From assembly GCA_050084985.1 (NCBI GenBank), contig JBITNC010000002.1:17546001-17610000 (forward strand): DNA of 64,000 bases. Reading direction: 5' to 3'. Shown in pieces: positions 1 to 13,978 of this stretch (within the stretch, counting starts at the first letter, position 1; the number at the start of each line of letters is the position of its first letter). The notes under the pieces are model-generated. The model made no database searches. It was not told the origin of the DNA and worked only from the letters and a program-made list of their open reading frames with translations. Position numbers and translations under genes: made by a program. The stretch is from Nageia nagi. Lineage: Eukaryota; Plantae; Pinophyta.

Positions 1-3000
1 GAGTGCCTTTGCACTTTCCACCATATTTTCAAGTAAGTCATGATTTGATAGCTTTCCATATGCTTTTGACAACAAAAGAACCACTAATTTTTATAGGGAT
101 AGGGGTGATAATGATGGATGGGAAATCCATATTTTTCCAAGCTTTCTTACCAAAACGGATACCTTGAGAAATATTATGTTTGATAAGAATTTCCCAAGCT
201 TTAGAGCTTAGAGTGCTCTAATAATCCACTTGAAACTAAACACATAGCCTTATCTCTGGAAATCAAAAATGTCCATACCTCTAGAGTGCTTAGGAAGATA
301 AAAGACATTCCCATGCAACTTGGTGAAAGCCATTGTTTTCTTTGTTGTTGGCCCATAAATGTTTTTTAAGAAGCTTTTCCTGCTTCTTATAGCAGGGTTG
401 GGAGGGGACCCAACAAGATGAATAATAAACATGTGTGAAGGCAAGGACTTTAGGACAAATTTAAAATTTCCCTTCCAATAAAAGTTTTTTTGAAATCTAA
501 TAAGAAAGCTTTTTTTCCACTCTTTGAATCACATGAGACCATAACTAGGTTTGGGGTGGCTTGGAAAGAAAAGGGAATACTTAATAATTTAAACACTTCT
601 CCTAGTTGAATCCATTGCTAATGATACTATAAAAACTAATTGGATAAAACTATCACATACTATCTATAACAAGAAGTTTTATTCCATTGAATACTAGAGC
701 CAAAAGCTTTGTAGAATGTGTCCAAACAAGAGAAAGCTTATCAGAAAAAAATTGATCTTCCCTCAAAGTGAGGAAATAATCATTTGCAAAGTGACCATTG
801 ATGAGCTGCCCTTGATTTCTAAGAAGAGATATACCATGAAGATTCCCTTGGGAGGCTGTGGAAGCAAGCAAATATCCAAATACTTCAACAACTAACACAT
901 AAAGAGAGGGAGTTAGTGTCTAACCGATCTATGCAACCCAAAAGGAATCATCTGATTACCTTCAAGGGTAATAACTATCAAAGCATTGGAAAAAAGCATC
1001 TTAACTAAACCAATGAAACTAGGGCCAAAGATAAGAGCTTGGAGTATTGCAAGAATAAAAAACCACTCAATTTTATCATATGTTTGCTCAAAATCAATTT
1101 TTATAAACAATGTATTTTGTTGAGAAGCCCAAGCCCATTCCATACCTTCCCAAAATGTAATGAAATTGTTAAGAATGTATCAAATCTAAATGAAGTTTGT
1201 TTGTTTAGGGTGAATAATTTAAGTCAACAAAGGTCTGAGTCTTAAAGATAAGGCTTTGGCTATGATTTTGTAGTTGATATTTAATATAGTGATAGGTCTC
1301 TAGCTAGTGATAAGATTAGGATTTCTAGACTAGGGGATGAGCTTAATATTTCCTTTATTTATAATATCTCCCAATGAGCCAGTAGCAAGGGATTCATGAT
1401 AGACACAAAGAAGATCTGGGCCAACCACATCCCATAACTCATAAAATCCATAAGGAAAAACATCAAGTCTAGGAGCTTTCTTATTAACCATACACGAATG
1501 AGCCTGCTTGAGATTCTCAATAGTGAGTAGGTGCTCACACTCCTCTCTATAAGAGCTAGAGAGTTTGATAAGGACAACTCCACAACATTCTTCCAAGGCT
1601 TCATATCTTTCCAGAGTAAGGGGTTGTGGGGTGAAGACTTGTTGGTAATGCTTAACAAAGGCATGAGCAATACCAGGAGGGTCTGTAATTATCTCATCCT
1701 CATCCATTATGACCTTGAATCGATTAATCATTTTAGGCGATCTTAATTTTTGAAGTAATTATTTAGTGATTTTATCCCCAATACAAAGCCAGTGTAGGCG
1801 AGCTCGAATATGAGCCCCCTTAGCTTCATAAAGATCAACTTTTCTTAACTCTTGTTTTAGTATGGTAGCATGTTGTTAGAGTTTATTACTCCAAGGATTG
1901 GCTTCTAATTGGAGAGAATCATGAGCATACTCATTCATGAGTGTATTTTTGGAGTGCTTATAAATTTTAACAAGCTTAACTCCCAAGATTCTCAAAATTG
2001 AATTTATTTTGAAGATAACATCATTCCATCACTCAATCCACCCTATGGCTCTAGCAGGTCATGGAACCAAGTTCCATACCCTACAAATATGAGTAATAGT
2101 AGCAAGGTGGTACAAAAAAGAGATTAAGACAAAAATGAGAATGGAAGATTCTGGGAAGATGCTGCGGTGGGGCTATTATGAAAAAAATTACCAGATGCTC
2201 AAAGATGGTATTTCTTGGAATAGCATGGACAAGGGGGGAATTGGAGGATGTATTCTAGAAAGAAAATATAGAATGGTCAAAGAGCATGACTCTATCTAAT
2301 CTTTTGAGGAATATATCTCCCTCAACTTGGAAATTGGACCAAGTAAACTAAACAAAATCTAGGAAACTTTAAGGGGTATGACAAGAAATGGGGTTGACAA
2401 GTCTATGATTATTTTTTAAAAAGAACCAAAAATCCCTCTCGCTTGCACACCATCACATGGGAAGTCTTCCAATCTTGTATTTTGGTTTCTTAACCATGTT
2501 GAAATCACCACAAAAAAGTTAAACTTCTTGTAGTAGAGAAAAAGCTAGCCAATGCCAAAGATTGCACCTCTTGGGTCCTTAGTTGATGACATAAACATTA
2601 ACAATTCTAAGAGGATGCCCATCAAAATCAAAGAGCATCCATACTACTTGAATTGAGGGGTATGTTCCCTAAGAGACTAACTATGAGTTCCACTTTGTAG
2701 GAATGATTATTATGGATCCATATCTACCTTGGTAATGATTAGTAGTATAGAAAGATCTTCCTAGCTATAAAAAGAAATTGACACATAATTAAGCTTCTCG
2801 TATTCTAGAACAACTTTTTCAATTTAACTGTGGACCAAATATTTTCAAACTGGGCCTATCAACCCTCTGATATTCCATGATATGTAATTCATTAAGTAGA
2901 TTTGAGGTGCATATTGCCATCAAACTCCTTTATTTTAGGATCCTCTTTGTCAAATATTCAATGTCTCCCAAATCCCTAAGAGATGAATATGGGTTTGCAA

Positions 3001-4340
3001 GGAAGGTGGCATGATTGGAACTTGCAAACACATTGAAAGGATATTTATCTTGATGGGTAGATGATGGTATTCCAAGAGAACTATGAGACCTACTAAGATG
3101 CTATAAATCTTCCTTATAATTGGTTTCCAAAAGGGAATATGAGGGAATAGAGCTAGGAATAATTGCATGGGGAGTAGTGGGAATGGAAAACAAAGGTGAT
3201 GGTTGGGGGTGAACTATAGGAGGCTATAGAGGAGTTAAGGAAACATTTTCATGAGGTGGAGCAACTAGATACTTCCTAGCTCATTGTTTCAAATTATGAA
3301 TTTTTCTCCCCACCAAAATCCATTATCCTAATGAGTTGCCATTCCTATTATTTTGTGTGGCCTTAATAGGCGGTTGGGAATTTGAAGCTGATGTCAAAAT
3401 GGAGGGAGTATTAGCCATTGGTTGTAAGGGATTGAATCTTCCTTTTATAAGGGGAAATCCTAGATATTATGATCACCCAAATGGCAATGGTAACAAGTAT
3501 TTGGTAGGTTGATATATATCAACTATTGATAGAAGGTGAACTACTCAACCTTTAGTACTAGATGGTCTTTTAAATACTTTAGAGAGGTTTGTCTTGGCAT
3601 AAACTCTTCTATAGGGTCAAACCCTATAGAAATTTTATTTTTCAACATAAACAAAAATTCCTAGAGGGGAAACATTGATTTCCAAAAAGGACTAGAGAGG
3701 AACTAGGAGACCAAGGAGTTTAACCCAGATGGGGACTTCCAACAGAGATCCCTCCCCAACAAAGAAATCTTATATCCAAGGTTGAAAGACCAAAAGTAAG
3801 TTTCTTACATACTAAGGGCCATGGTCATAGATTGACTTACCATGATCCTCATGAGGAAAATGAAATAAGAAAAAACCTTTAGTAAGGTTTTGGATTCCTT
3901 CCACTTCGACACCATAAGATGTCCAATACTTTTGAACCCAACTACAGATAATATATTCCATTGAGATATAGCCTAGAAAGTATCCGATGAGAGAATACTT
4001 CTCAAGCCAACCAAAGCATTATTAAATTCATCAACATGGATAGTAGCATCTGAAACAATGAGATTACCTCATATTACACCTTTGAGATGAACTTTTGGGC
4101 TTCCTTAGATGCCATTGCTTTGTCCAACAGCTTCAACAATATTTGAAACTATCGAATGAGTTGAATCCATATTTACAAAAAAAACAACACCCCCCTTAAG
4201 GTGGTGTTAGGATGACTAACATGGCCCTCAAAGCTAAAGGTAATAAATCTCACACATAGGATGAAGTTATGTGAAAATCTAAAAAAATTACTCAATGAAT
4301 ACAAACCAAAACTCCTAGAATTGCAGAGCCCTCAACAAAA
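1..4340 (-). mobile_element. Degenerate L1-clade LINE (ORF1 plus ORF2 EN-RT), runs off the left edge of the window
   Basis: ORF1 DUF4283-like remnants ~3650-4050 (HGP*YVRNLLLVFQPW). ORF2 starts at 2892 (MNYISWNIRG, APE endonuclease). RT motifs: KAPRLDVFPYGFYELW (1330-1731), FIKIDFEQTYDKIEW (913-1143), GHFAND (653-898). Many stops and frameshifts; 5' boundary approximate. Confidence 0.92.
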
Positions 4341-4668
4341 TTCCTTTTAAATCATATTGGAAGTCTAATATTTAGTTGTAATGATGATATTAATAATTTA
4401 ATTTTTCTTTTTTGAAATATTCTAATAAAGTATTTAATTATTATAATAATTTTGATATTTTTAAAGTGATGAATTTATGAATATGGCAATGAAGTGAATT
4501 GGTGTATTATATTGCATGGAAATCATAACAAGGCATGATTCACTCAAGGTAATGATGCACCAAAAACTCTTAAAGGTACAATATTGTTGAAGGATTTGGA
4601 TCTACAAATATTTTCATTCTCTTGGTTCATGGGCAAAGCCAAACATCATATTTTTAGTAATTACAATC

Positions 4669-5270
4669 ATGAGAGGTAGAGTGCTTCAAACAAAATTGGT
4701 TTATTATTTCACATACAAGAGGGATAAGGCACTATGGAACAAGTTTGGGTATGAAGATCTATAGCATTTCTTAAAGAGCTTTAGGGGTCACAATGTTATG
4801 GTTTCTTAACAAATTTTATGGACATGGGATAAATGAATGGTTATAGTAGGTGGACTTCACTTCAAAATATTTGAAGAATCCATTGTAGAAGCCAAACGAT
4901 TTTCAATAGTGGGAAGGTGTATAATAAAAGAGGTAACAAACAAAAATATTGGTGTGAAGTAGTTCTTTACCACTTATGTAGCTTTGAATCAAATTAATAA
5001 TGGGTATATTAAGTTTCAATTACCCAAAACATGGGTTGATTTACTTGATGTTTTGATGAAGTATTTCATACTTGAAGGGTGTTACACTATGGTCCTTGCT
5101 TTTCATTCCCATCCCTCTTCCATTTTATTATGAAGAATAAGGAGTATACTTTAAATTTTCCCTACTTTCTTTTCTATTCCCTATAAATATCAATTATTAG
5201 GATAAGGAAGGAAAGTAGGGATGTTCCCTTGTATCAGGGCCTCCTATTCATCATGTATAAACATGCTTGA
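4669..5270 (+). pseudogene. Decayed TE-associated ORF of unknown function (resembles putative plant transposon protein / accessory ORFs)
   Basis: Frame from ATG 4669: MRGRVLQ...FRGHNVMVS*...VIVGGLHFKIFEESIVEA...LPKTWVDLLDVLMKYFILEGCYTMVLAFH, then a frameshift to LNFPYFLFYSL...VPLYQGLLFIMY. An A-tail follows at 6087-6106. Family call is by recall, not by search. Confidence 0.55.
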
Positions 5271-6207
5271 TTCATAAATCCACTCCTTAAGTCCTTAAAA
5301 TCCATCTTGAGTACCTCCTTCACTAGTATAGTTCAGAATATAATGATGACCCTACGGACCACATCACCCTTGCTTAGCTTATGCTCAAACACAAAGAAAA
5401 CTACAAAAGCAAAAAGGAAGGAGTGATTCGCTCCAAACTGGCACATGCAAATGATATAATGACTTCCTTAGTGTAAACTCTTTGCAAATTAAAAAAAAAA
5501 GATAAGCCAATCACAACAATAGTGGATACTATTTGTAGCAACATATCTATAGTGGAACAAGGAATAAAACTTCATAAACATAACAAGGAGTAAGATCCCA
5601 TTGTGATACAAGACGAAGATAATGATCTAGATTTCATTCCATTGATAAATCATAAGAATATTTATAGGTCAACAAAGCACATCAAGCCAAGAGGAAAATC
5701 CATACCAAAACCCCCTTGGGCAAGACCTAATCAACAACAAAGAAAGGAGAAGAAAATGATCATCCACTACATATTTCTAAGTGTTACTACAATTTTACTA
5801 CATTATTGCTAGTACTATCTACCTACTTACCCTTTTGATTTTGTTAAAGCATATATGTTTAGTATAGTTTTAATTGTAAGTAGTTTTGACTACCCAAATA
5901 TGTAGTTTCAATAAATACATGGTTTGGTCAATTTAGTCAATTTCCTCTATATGGTTTTCCTAACTTATCTTGTAATTATGTATAACATGTTTTATACAAG
6001 GTCCCTTTTTTGTTAGGAATACCTATTTTTTATTTATGGTTCAAGGGGTAAACCAAAAATCCCTTGTTAATATAATACGACACCATTTACCGATCGAAAA
6101 AAGAAAGCGTTGGGTTTATAATTAACTAAATGTTTTTTTTTTAAATATTTAAGTTAGTCATGGTTTTAATTTTATTTATATATTTTTGAAATATTACAAA
6201 ATTAAAA

Positions 6208-6210
<3 letters not shown>

Positions 6211-6240
<30 letters not shown>
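6211..6240. repeat. (TA)15 microsatellite
   Basis: Direct reading. Confidence 0.95.
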
Positions 6241-6243
<3 letters not shown>

Positions 6244-6289
6244 GAACTCATTAATCATGTCTATTTTTCTAAATAATGCAATGCTTATT

Positions 6290-7592
6290 TTAAATGCCCA
6301 AAGTATTAAATAATATAATAATTATATTGACATTTTAAACTATCGAGATTGATTCTTTGAAAGGAACTATATTTACTCATTACAATGAATTAAATGAATA
6401 CATATAAATATAATATTTGAGCCATGAAGAAGAAGATAAGAGCCTATATTTATGTGTGAAACAAAAGAAAAAGGACTTTTCAAATCTCTCCTCAAGATTG
6501 AATAGAGCCAAAGTAGAATATATGTTCAATCCCAAGATTATAAAGTGTGAAAGAATATAATCTTTTTGAACTTTCTATATAGAAGATCCAAATACCTATG
6601 AAGCCTATAGATAAATCCATATAAACATTAATAGTAATATATATCAAGCATTATATATTATTAGAACCTGATTATCCACAAAATGAAAGGCTATGATATA
6701 GAAACTATAGGCTTTTGGAACTAAGTTAATAATTGGTCTTTAATTGTGTCTCCAAGCAAAGTATGGTATGAAATTTAAAAGAAGATGATAAGTATGAAGT
6801 AGAATTAAAAAGAAAAAGATTAAATGTACTATTAACACCTAAAAAGGAATTTTAATTTAATTAAAATACACCTTTTAGGTATCTAAAATTAATTGTTTAT
6901 TTAAGTGATTTATTGTTATCTTGAGTATTGTGCACTCTCACTACCTTTATGTTTTATGACAACAGATCACCCCAAAGATAAGCCCAAGAAGGTATCTTGC
7001 TATTAGAACTTTATAAGCCTAAGGAGGATCCTTGGCACTAGACCTATTACCTATAAAAGTAGAGATTATGTATCATGAAATAATTTGTATCCTTGATAGG
7101 TGGTAAAAATAATACTCTTAACTGATGTTCTTCAACACCACATATCATATCTAGATTTTGTTATACTCAAGTATACTTTATTCCTGCAATCATTTGATCC
7201 ATCACATGTGAAGAAATTAGTTCTAAGTAGCCCTCATGATAACAATTGAAGGTTCTAAAGGTCTCTATGTGGGTCATTAAGCAATGATGCTCTATTTTGA
7301 GTGAAACACTTTGTAAAGGTTTGGTTTGGTGGTCCACAAGTTCGTAAGTTTATTTAAATTCAGATTTGATAGGTTAAGGTTAATTGAGCATTGTGGATTA
7401 TTATCATCTCCATATTAGATTACTTTAATCAATAATAGGACTATGATCTCTATTAATTACACTATTATTAGTTGTGATTTAATATCACACTTAACCCTAA
7501 TAATTAACTACAAATTAATTATTTTAATTATAACAAAATGGTGAACTCATTTGTGTCTTATAAACCATAAATTTTTTATTTTAGGCTATCAC
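6290..7592 (+). mobile_element. Old LTR-like sequence, homologous to ~19420-20900
   Basis: Colinear similarity: gattctttgaaaggaact...gccatgaagaagaagataag...tttatgtgtgaaacaaaag vs gattctttaaaaaggaatt...gctatggagaaaaagataa...tttatatgtgaaataaaag. Ends in ...ggctatcaca. Boundaries approximate. Confidence 0.6.
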
Positions 7593-8599
7593 ATTTTTGT
7601 AGAGTCTTTCATTGAAAGTGCTAGTTTGTATTTGCTCTTTAGTTTCGATAATTTTTTACAAGAAATTTGTTTTCTTAAATATTATTGGATTTGAAGAAGA
7701 TTTATTATTGGTGAATTTCTTATTTGAAGAAAACCCTAGATTTTGAAGGTCATTTTGTTAAAATTAGTGTGATATAGCATCATAAAAGTGTGTGCAAATC
7801 ATATATAGTCATAATTAATGAATATTTACAATTTATAAATATCATATTATGCATATAATGGCCTCTCCATGGTCCCTCAATAAATTATGGAAAATGATGT
7901 GTGTTATATTAATAATACTTTGTCCTACATGTTTATCATATTTTTCATATTGCATGATGTTTATTTGTGTATTATTGACCGTAATATTTATGTGTTCTAT
8001 AGGAATAACATTATGTTGTATCATTTATTTCACATTATATTCTATTTTTTTCCCTAATAATATGCCTATAGAAACCTTAAAGATAAGAAGTTCCAAGTAT
8101 TAAATAATGATTAAGAAAAAAAAGATTGATGTAATTTTCATTTATAACATCCCAAGTTCTTGTGTATATGTTAATAACACTTATAGAGATGATATTTCCA
8201 TGAATGATGATACCTTAGATATTACTAGTAATGATGATAATAATGTTATATGCAAAGATCAAGATATAACATAAGTGCAGGAAGAAGTTAAAGATATTTT
8301 TACAAGGTATAAGTAGGATACTACAATTAAGAGTCACAACCCCCTCATGTTTGATGATATCCTGAGCGACGGTGCTTCGCAAGGTGATAATGCTCCATAT
8401 TGAAAGGGAAATGACAAGAAGAAAGAGAATTCAGTTCCTACACCACAAGTTTGGATCTCAAATATCTAGGTAAGTGATTATTCCCATGTTTTATTTAATT
8501 ATGAATTTGAAAATAAGAAATTAGAATTAGAAGTAAAGAATTATAACAATTTTGATGATTATAAATAAATAGAACTAGTTGATATTGAGGAAAAAACTG

Positions 8600-8880
8600 A
8601 ACAATTTGATGATTGGAGAACTCTATATATGCCATTAACATCACAACCAATTTGGTCAAAGGATGAAAAGATGATTTCTATAGAATTATTGGATGATATT
8701 ATAAAATATGATAAGTTTAAAAAGATGTAAGATACTAAAAGATATGTTAGATCATTTCATATCATATGGTACAATTGCATCTTTTAGAAAATATGGTGGA
8801 TGAGGCCAAGTTATCACTTTGGATTGGTTTTTGAGACTTAGAAAAATTCTGGGTTGGATAGTTGCTTTCCTTCTCTAAGC
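8600..8880 (+). pseudogene. Highly degenerate L1 ORF1 (DUF4283-like) fragment
   Basis: WSKDEKMISIELLDD... followed by a ...WV/WI-like motif; weak. Confidence 0.35.
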
Positions 8881-9539
8881 TAGTTTTTGGGCCTCATTTT
8901 GAGAGATCTTTTAGGTTCCTTTTTCTACAAGCATATGATTTTTAGAATGCTATTACATTAAACTATAAATTAAAATATCACACCTACTTTGGTTCAAGGA
9001 GGCTATAATTAAACAAGTATGAACAAGATAATTGATCACTTTTTGACATGTTTGTTACAACAATCCATCAAATTTTGGACCTTATTTTTGTACATGAAGA
9101 TTATGTAATGTATATGGAACATGAATACAAATATAAGCATAATAAGATTAAAATATGCTCTATAATCATGCTCAAATGATAAAAAAAATACACCTATGAT
9201 TAAGAATTACACAACATTTGATTTACAAGCACTAAGTAAACACATCCACACACCTAAGCAACAATTTTTGAAAAAATGAAATGGAACATGGTTTCCTTAT
9301 TACTTGAAAGCATATACCATTGTGCAAGACTCTTTGGATATTGAATTACTTTGCATCATCAATAATCTATACAAGAACATTCTCCATGTTTGAAACACAA
9401 TTTCCCATAGTATAAATATTTGAAAGTATAATATAAAATGTAATGTACATTTAGTTTTCAACAAAAAATATTGTTACATGTAGAATTCATAAAAATAAAA
9501 GAAGGATTATTTCCTATAAAAATTGATACATAGGTATTC

Positions 9540-11530
9540 AAAATATGGAAGATGTATGATGTAGACATAGTTTTATAGATTGCAAGGATTGTAGGACATG
9601 AAATTCATGGATAGAGCAAGGATGCCCTTAAATTTTTGTGATCATTTTTCTACAAGCATATAATTTTTATAATGTTGGTATACTAAAATCCAAATTATGA
9701 TATTAGGAACATCCTTTGGTTATATGGTGTTCTAATTGTATAAGCATGAAAAAGATATTCATGAATGTGTCTGCTTAGTGCCTATAGAATTCATAACTTA
9801 TAACATTTTGAGTTTTTTAAGTTTTTCAGAAAGAGCAACTAAGGAGGTAGAGAAATTAGCTTGTACCTTTTTGAGTAGAGGGGGTACAAAAATTGAAGAA
9901 TTTCTAGTTTGCTGCAAAGAGTAGAATAGAGGTTGCATAAGCACCCAACATGTATTCTTCTATATATCTTGTTAAGCAATTTTCATGCTTCTAGAATAAA
10001 AGTCTATAGGGACTTTTTCATTAAACTATTTTTGTGCTTCTATGAATCATTTCAATTTTTCTCAAGAAAGAAGAATCGATGGAGTTGAGCACTTGGAATA
10101 TTAGACAAGCACTTGGGAAACTTAGGTGAGCACTTGTAACATTTTGAATGTTTTAGAAAGAGCAGAATCAAGTGGGTAGAGTAATTCTACCATATGGTCT
10201 AAAATGGTACAATTATATTGTACTATACCATATAGTCTAAAATGATGTAATTGTACTATACCATATGATATGAAATGACCTAAATGCACCAACATATGAT
10301 ATGAAATTATCTAACTACACTATATGGTTTGAAATCATGCAATTATACCATATGATTATAGGATATACCATTCATAGGTACAACAAATATATCCTTAAAC
10401 TCTTTGATATGATGAAACACTTAAGATTATAGGAACTAACATACTTTAGAGTCCTTTAAGCATTTTTAGATAATGATATTGACAAGTTTCATATCTAATT
10501 CAATTAATTGATGCAATTATATTTATTGTTTAAGAAACTTTTGGAGCTTTAAAATAGAGCAGGTATATTTATGGAAAAACATAAATGACATGATTTAGAT
10601 AGCTTTAACTATTTTTAGATAATGCAATTGAAAGGTTTTAGACTAGATTCAAACATACAAAAAAGAAGGATATTAAAATAATTATACCTCATTTGATGAA
10701 AACTACTTGGATCCAACCGATCCTCCCTCACCCTCCATGTATCCCTCTCTTTATTTAATTCCTACAACTTCCCTTAACTTGGTTTAAAAAACTTTTTGGC
10801 AATATTTGACCCATAAAATGAATGAATTCAATGACAAGTTAGGTGAAGAAAGTGATTTAATGATATTTGAAGTATTATTACTAGAAATATTATAAAAAAT
10901 ATTAAAGAATATTCCATCTAACTCTTCATTAGTTTTATTTATGTTATGGGTCAACTAACTTGTCTCAGCTTCCTATTACGCAATAATGGCATAAATATTT
11001 TTAAAAGTGTTAATAAATATTTGTACAAAGGATCTAAATGCACCAAAATATGATATAAAATGATCTTATTACACCATATGGTCTAAAATGAATCATTATA
11101 CATGCATTATATGGGGATCATTGGTGCAGACATTGTATGGGGATCATTATTTGTTGTGTGCATTGTATGGGGATTATTGCTTTGAACTTCACTGCCAAAA
11201 TAACCATAAAACCTAAATTGGGTGTGTGGATGTGTCTACTTGGTGCTTGTAAATTGAATGTTATGGTTTTGAATGCACTAATAGATATGCATGTAAAATG
11301 TAGAATAAACTAAACTCTTATTGCATTATTCTTGGGATGAATAATTTTACATACATTGTTGATCTTCTTGACCATGTAGGCTATATTGAGGAAGCTTTGA
11401 ACTTCACTTCCAAAGTATCAATAAAACCTAAATTGGTAATATGGATGTATGTACTTAGTGCTTGCAAATCAATTGTTGTAGTTTTGAATGCCCTAATAGA
11501 CATGTATGCAAAATGCAGAAAAAACCCTTA
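9540..11530 (+). pseudogene. Mosaic of PLS-class pentatricopeptide-repeat (PPR) gene fragments
   Basis: MYDVDIVL*IARIVGHEIHG*SKDALKF (~9552); GYTIHRYNKYILKLFDMMKH (~10360); F*IMQLKGFRLDS (~10613); ALNFTAKITIKPKLGVWMCLLGACK-LNVMVLNALIDMHVKC (~11180-11300); IVDLLDHVGYIEEALNF...WMYVLSACK-SIVVVLNALIDMYAKC (11337-11520). Confidence 0.8.
10186..10360. repeat. Degenerate ~30 bp tandem repeat (accatatggtctaaaatg core); recurs at ~11030-11100
   Basis: Repeated accatatg(g/a)t(c/a)t(a/g)aaatg units. Confidence 0.75.
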
Positions 11531-12499
11531 CAACATGAGGGACTCTTATCACATTATTCCTAGGATAAATCCAAATTAAAAATTAGATAAATTTATCCTA
11601 TACTAAACAAATATTAGATAGTTATTTTTTCTTGTTACACATGAGAAATAATAGAATTGATTTCTATTATAAAAAGAAACTATTAAAATTTTATTTTGGA
11701 TGTAGTTATATTTTGTAACCAAGTTTTTTATAAGTTGTTACAGTTGTTAGGAACATAATCAAATGGTATTCTATGAATTGAACATCTTAGAATGTAATAA
11801 ATAATTAGCATCAAATAGATTTATAGTTTATATTGTTTATCCTTCAATGTTTATTTTATTGTAAGATATTTCTATCAAGTTCAAGTTATCAATTTAGATT
11901 ATTATTCCAATCTCATAATTTTTCTTTCCCTTCACATGTATAGACTATTAGTTATTTGGCATTATATTTTATTTAACATTGTAGTTAGGTAGTTAACAAC
12001 AATAAGAGGAAATCTAAATTTTATTTATCTAGATAGGGACCACCTTATCTTAACAAAGAAGTAGAACTAGGTTATATATTTGATAGGTTATTTTTCTCTT
12101 TAGTGGTTTAAGGTTGACTTGCATATGAATTTGAATTATTGACATTTTAATTCCAATCTGTGGGACCCATCTTTAAAATTACTAAATGAAGAAAATAAAG
12201 TGTGACCTTCTTCTTTAAGTAGAGATTACTAATACCCAATTTTATAACATCAAATTCAGCCCTCTATTTTTGTAGTATAAATAATTTTTCTTCAATCCTC
12301 AATTTTTTCTATAGAAGAGAAGAATAATTTAACTTGAGCTCTTCCTATTATTATCTTATTTATAGAAATATCTCATTTTAATTGATAACCTTGTTTAATA
12401 GTTCAACTATATAGTTGAAATTCATACGAATATTTATCAATAAGAAAAGACATTAATATTTGGATTTGATTACAATGGTTATCTAATTTAGAAGTGACA

Positions 12500-13978
12500 T
12501 TTTTTTTAATAAATTTCAAGTAAATTTGAATTATAAAAATATGTTCAAAGTTTTGAAAGGGCTTTAAGAACCTTGTACACTAAAAGGTTTTTTTTATATA
12601 CAATACAATTCATAAGAGCGTAAGCTAAGGTAGTTTCTTATGTTGATAACATAGAAGAATAAAGCATGATAGATATAACTTAAGTGACTATAAAATGAAG
12701 TTGTCTGCAACATAAACAAGTATGTAAAATGAAGCAAATCACACTATTATTTTTTATCTAGTACTATGTAATTTGTTAACTTGGTTCCTTGCGTTTCACA
12801 TTGGGATGCCTACAATCTTTTCCTTTTCCTTCTCCTTCTCCTTTTTTTTTTTTCTCTTTTCTATCTTTTAAAACATTTTCTCCCAAAATAATTTACATCC
12901 TTTATGTGTTCTTCTATAAAGTAATATGCCATCATAATTAAAGCCTCTTTCAATCAATAATTCATTAGTATAGTATTGTTTCTCTATACAATCTCATCCC
13001 CTTGCTTCATTTTCAGCTATGTTATCTATTTGTTCATCATAGATCTAGATCATCTTCCTAGTGAGTATTTACTTCCTCATCCCCTACTTCTACCTTTTCC
13101 TCTTCTTATGTTCCATCCTCCCCTTCCTTTGCCTCATTTTCTTATTTCTTTGGAGGAGAATCCATTTCTTTTTCTTAATTTCTTTCTTTCTTATGCTTAG
13201 GGGACTTATGGATTTCTTCAAATTGGTCTCATTAACTTGAGATATTATAATATCAGTTATATATCCTATAGGAATTCATCATTAATGTTGCTTAAATATT
13301 CAAATCTATTTTTCTTTATTCCTTCATTTTATTGTTTTGGATTTGTTTCAGGATTTATCCTTGGCGACTATTATTTTCTTTCTATATCTTGTTGATCCTC
13401 CATTTTCTCTTGTACTTATACCTTGGAAGTTCCTTCACTGTCTACATTTCCTATCTTTTCCTTTACTCTATTTATAGGCATATTTGCATCTTATATCCTG
13501 ATTCCAATTGGTCTCCATTGCCCATTATATCCTTTTTGATATGACTCTTTTCTCTATTGATGTTGTACTTATTGCTTCATTTTTATAGGATAATCATTTT
13601 CTGGGTATACAAAACTTTTGCAAACTAAGCATGCTACAAGTTGTAGGTCATATAATGTTTTTTGGTAATGATCTATTTTCTAATTTTTCATGCATATTTT
13701 TATTTGGAGGATTTTTGATACATCGATATTGGCACATAATATTGCCATGTTAAATGTAGATCCTTCTCTAGTATTTTTATCTAGATATATAAACTCTCCC
13801 AATGTGGATGCTACCCCAATGATAGCTTCTACAAACCAAAAATCTAGTGGTAGTTTAGGCAAGGATATCGATAACATTTCATTCTTTGATCTAAACCCTG
13901 CATACCATTTTTTAAGATATAAACCACTTTTCCCAAATCACCATGGGCCATTTTATATAACCCATTACAAATCTTCTT
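12500..13978 (-). mobile_element. ORF1-only L1-like element, copy 1 (DUF4283 + zinc knuckle + K/E-rich tail + A-tail)
   Basis: GPW*FGKSGLYLKKW...ISLPKLPLDFW...ACLVCK. Poly-T at 12500-12507 on +. Direct repeat aatttagaagtgacat at 12485-12500 and 13980-13995. Confidence 0.7.

Noticed and set aside
10186-10360. CRISPR-like array
   Set aside because: Degenerate tandem repeat without unique spacers; eukaryotic context, no cas genes.
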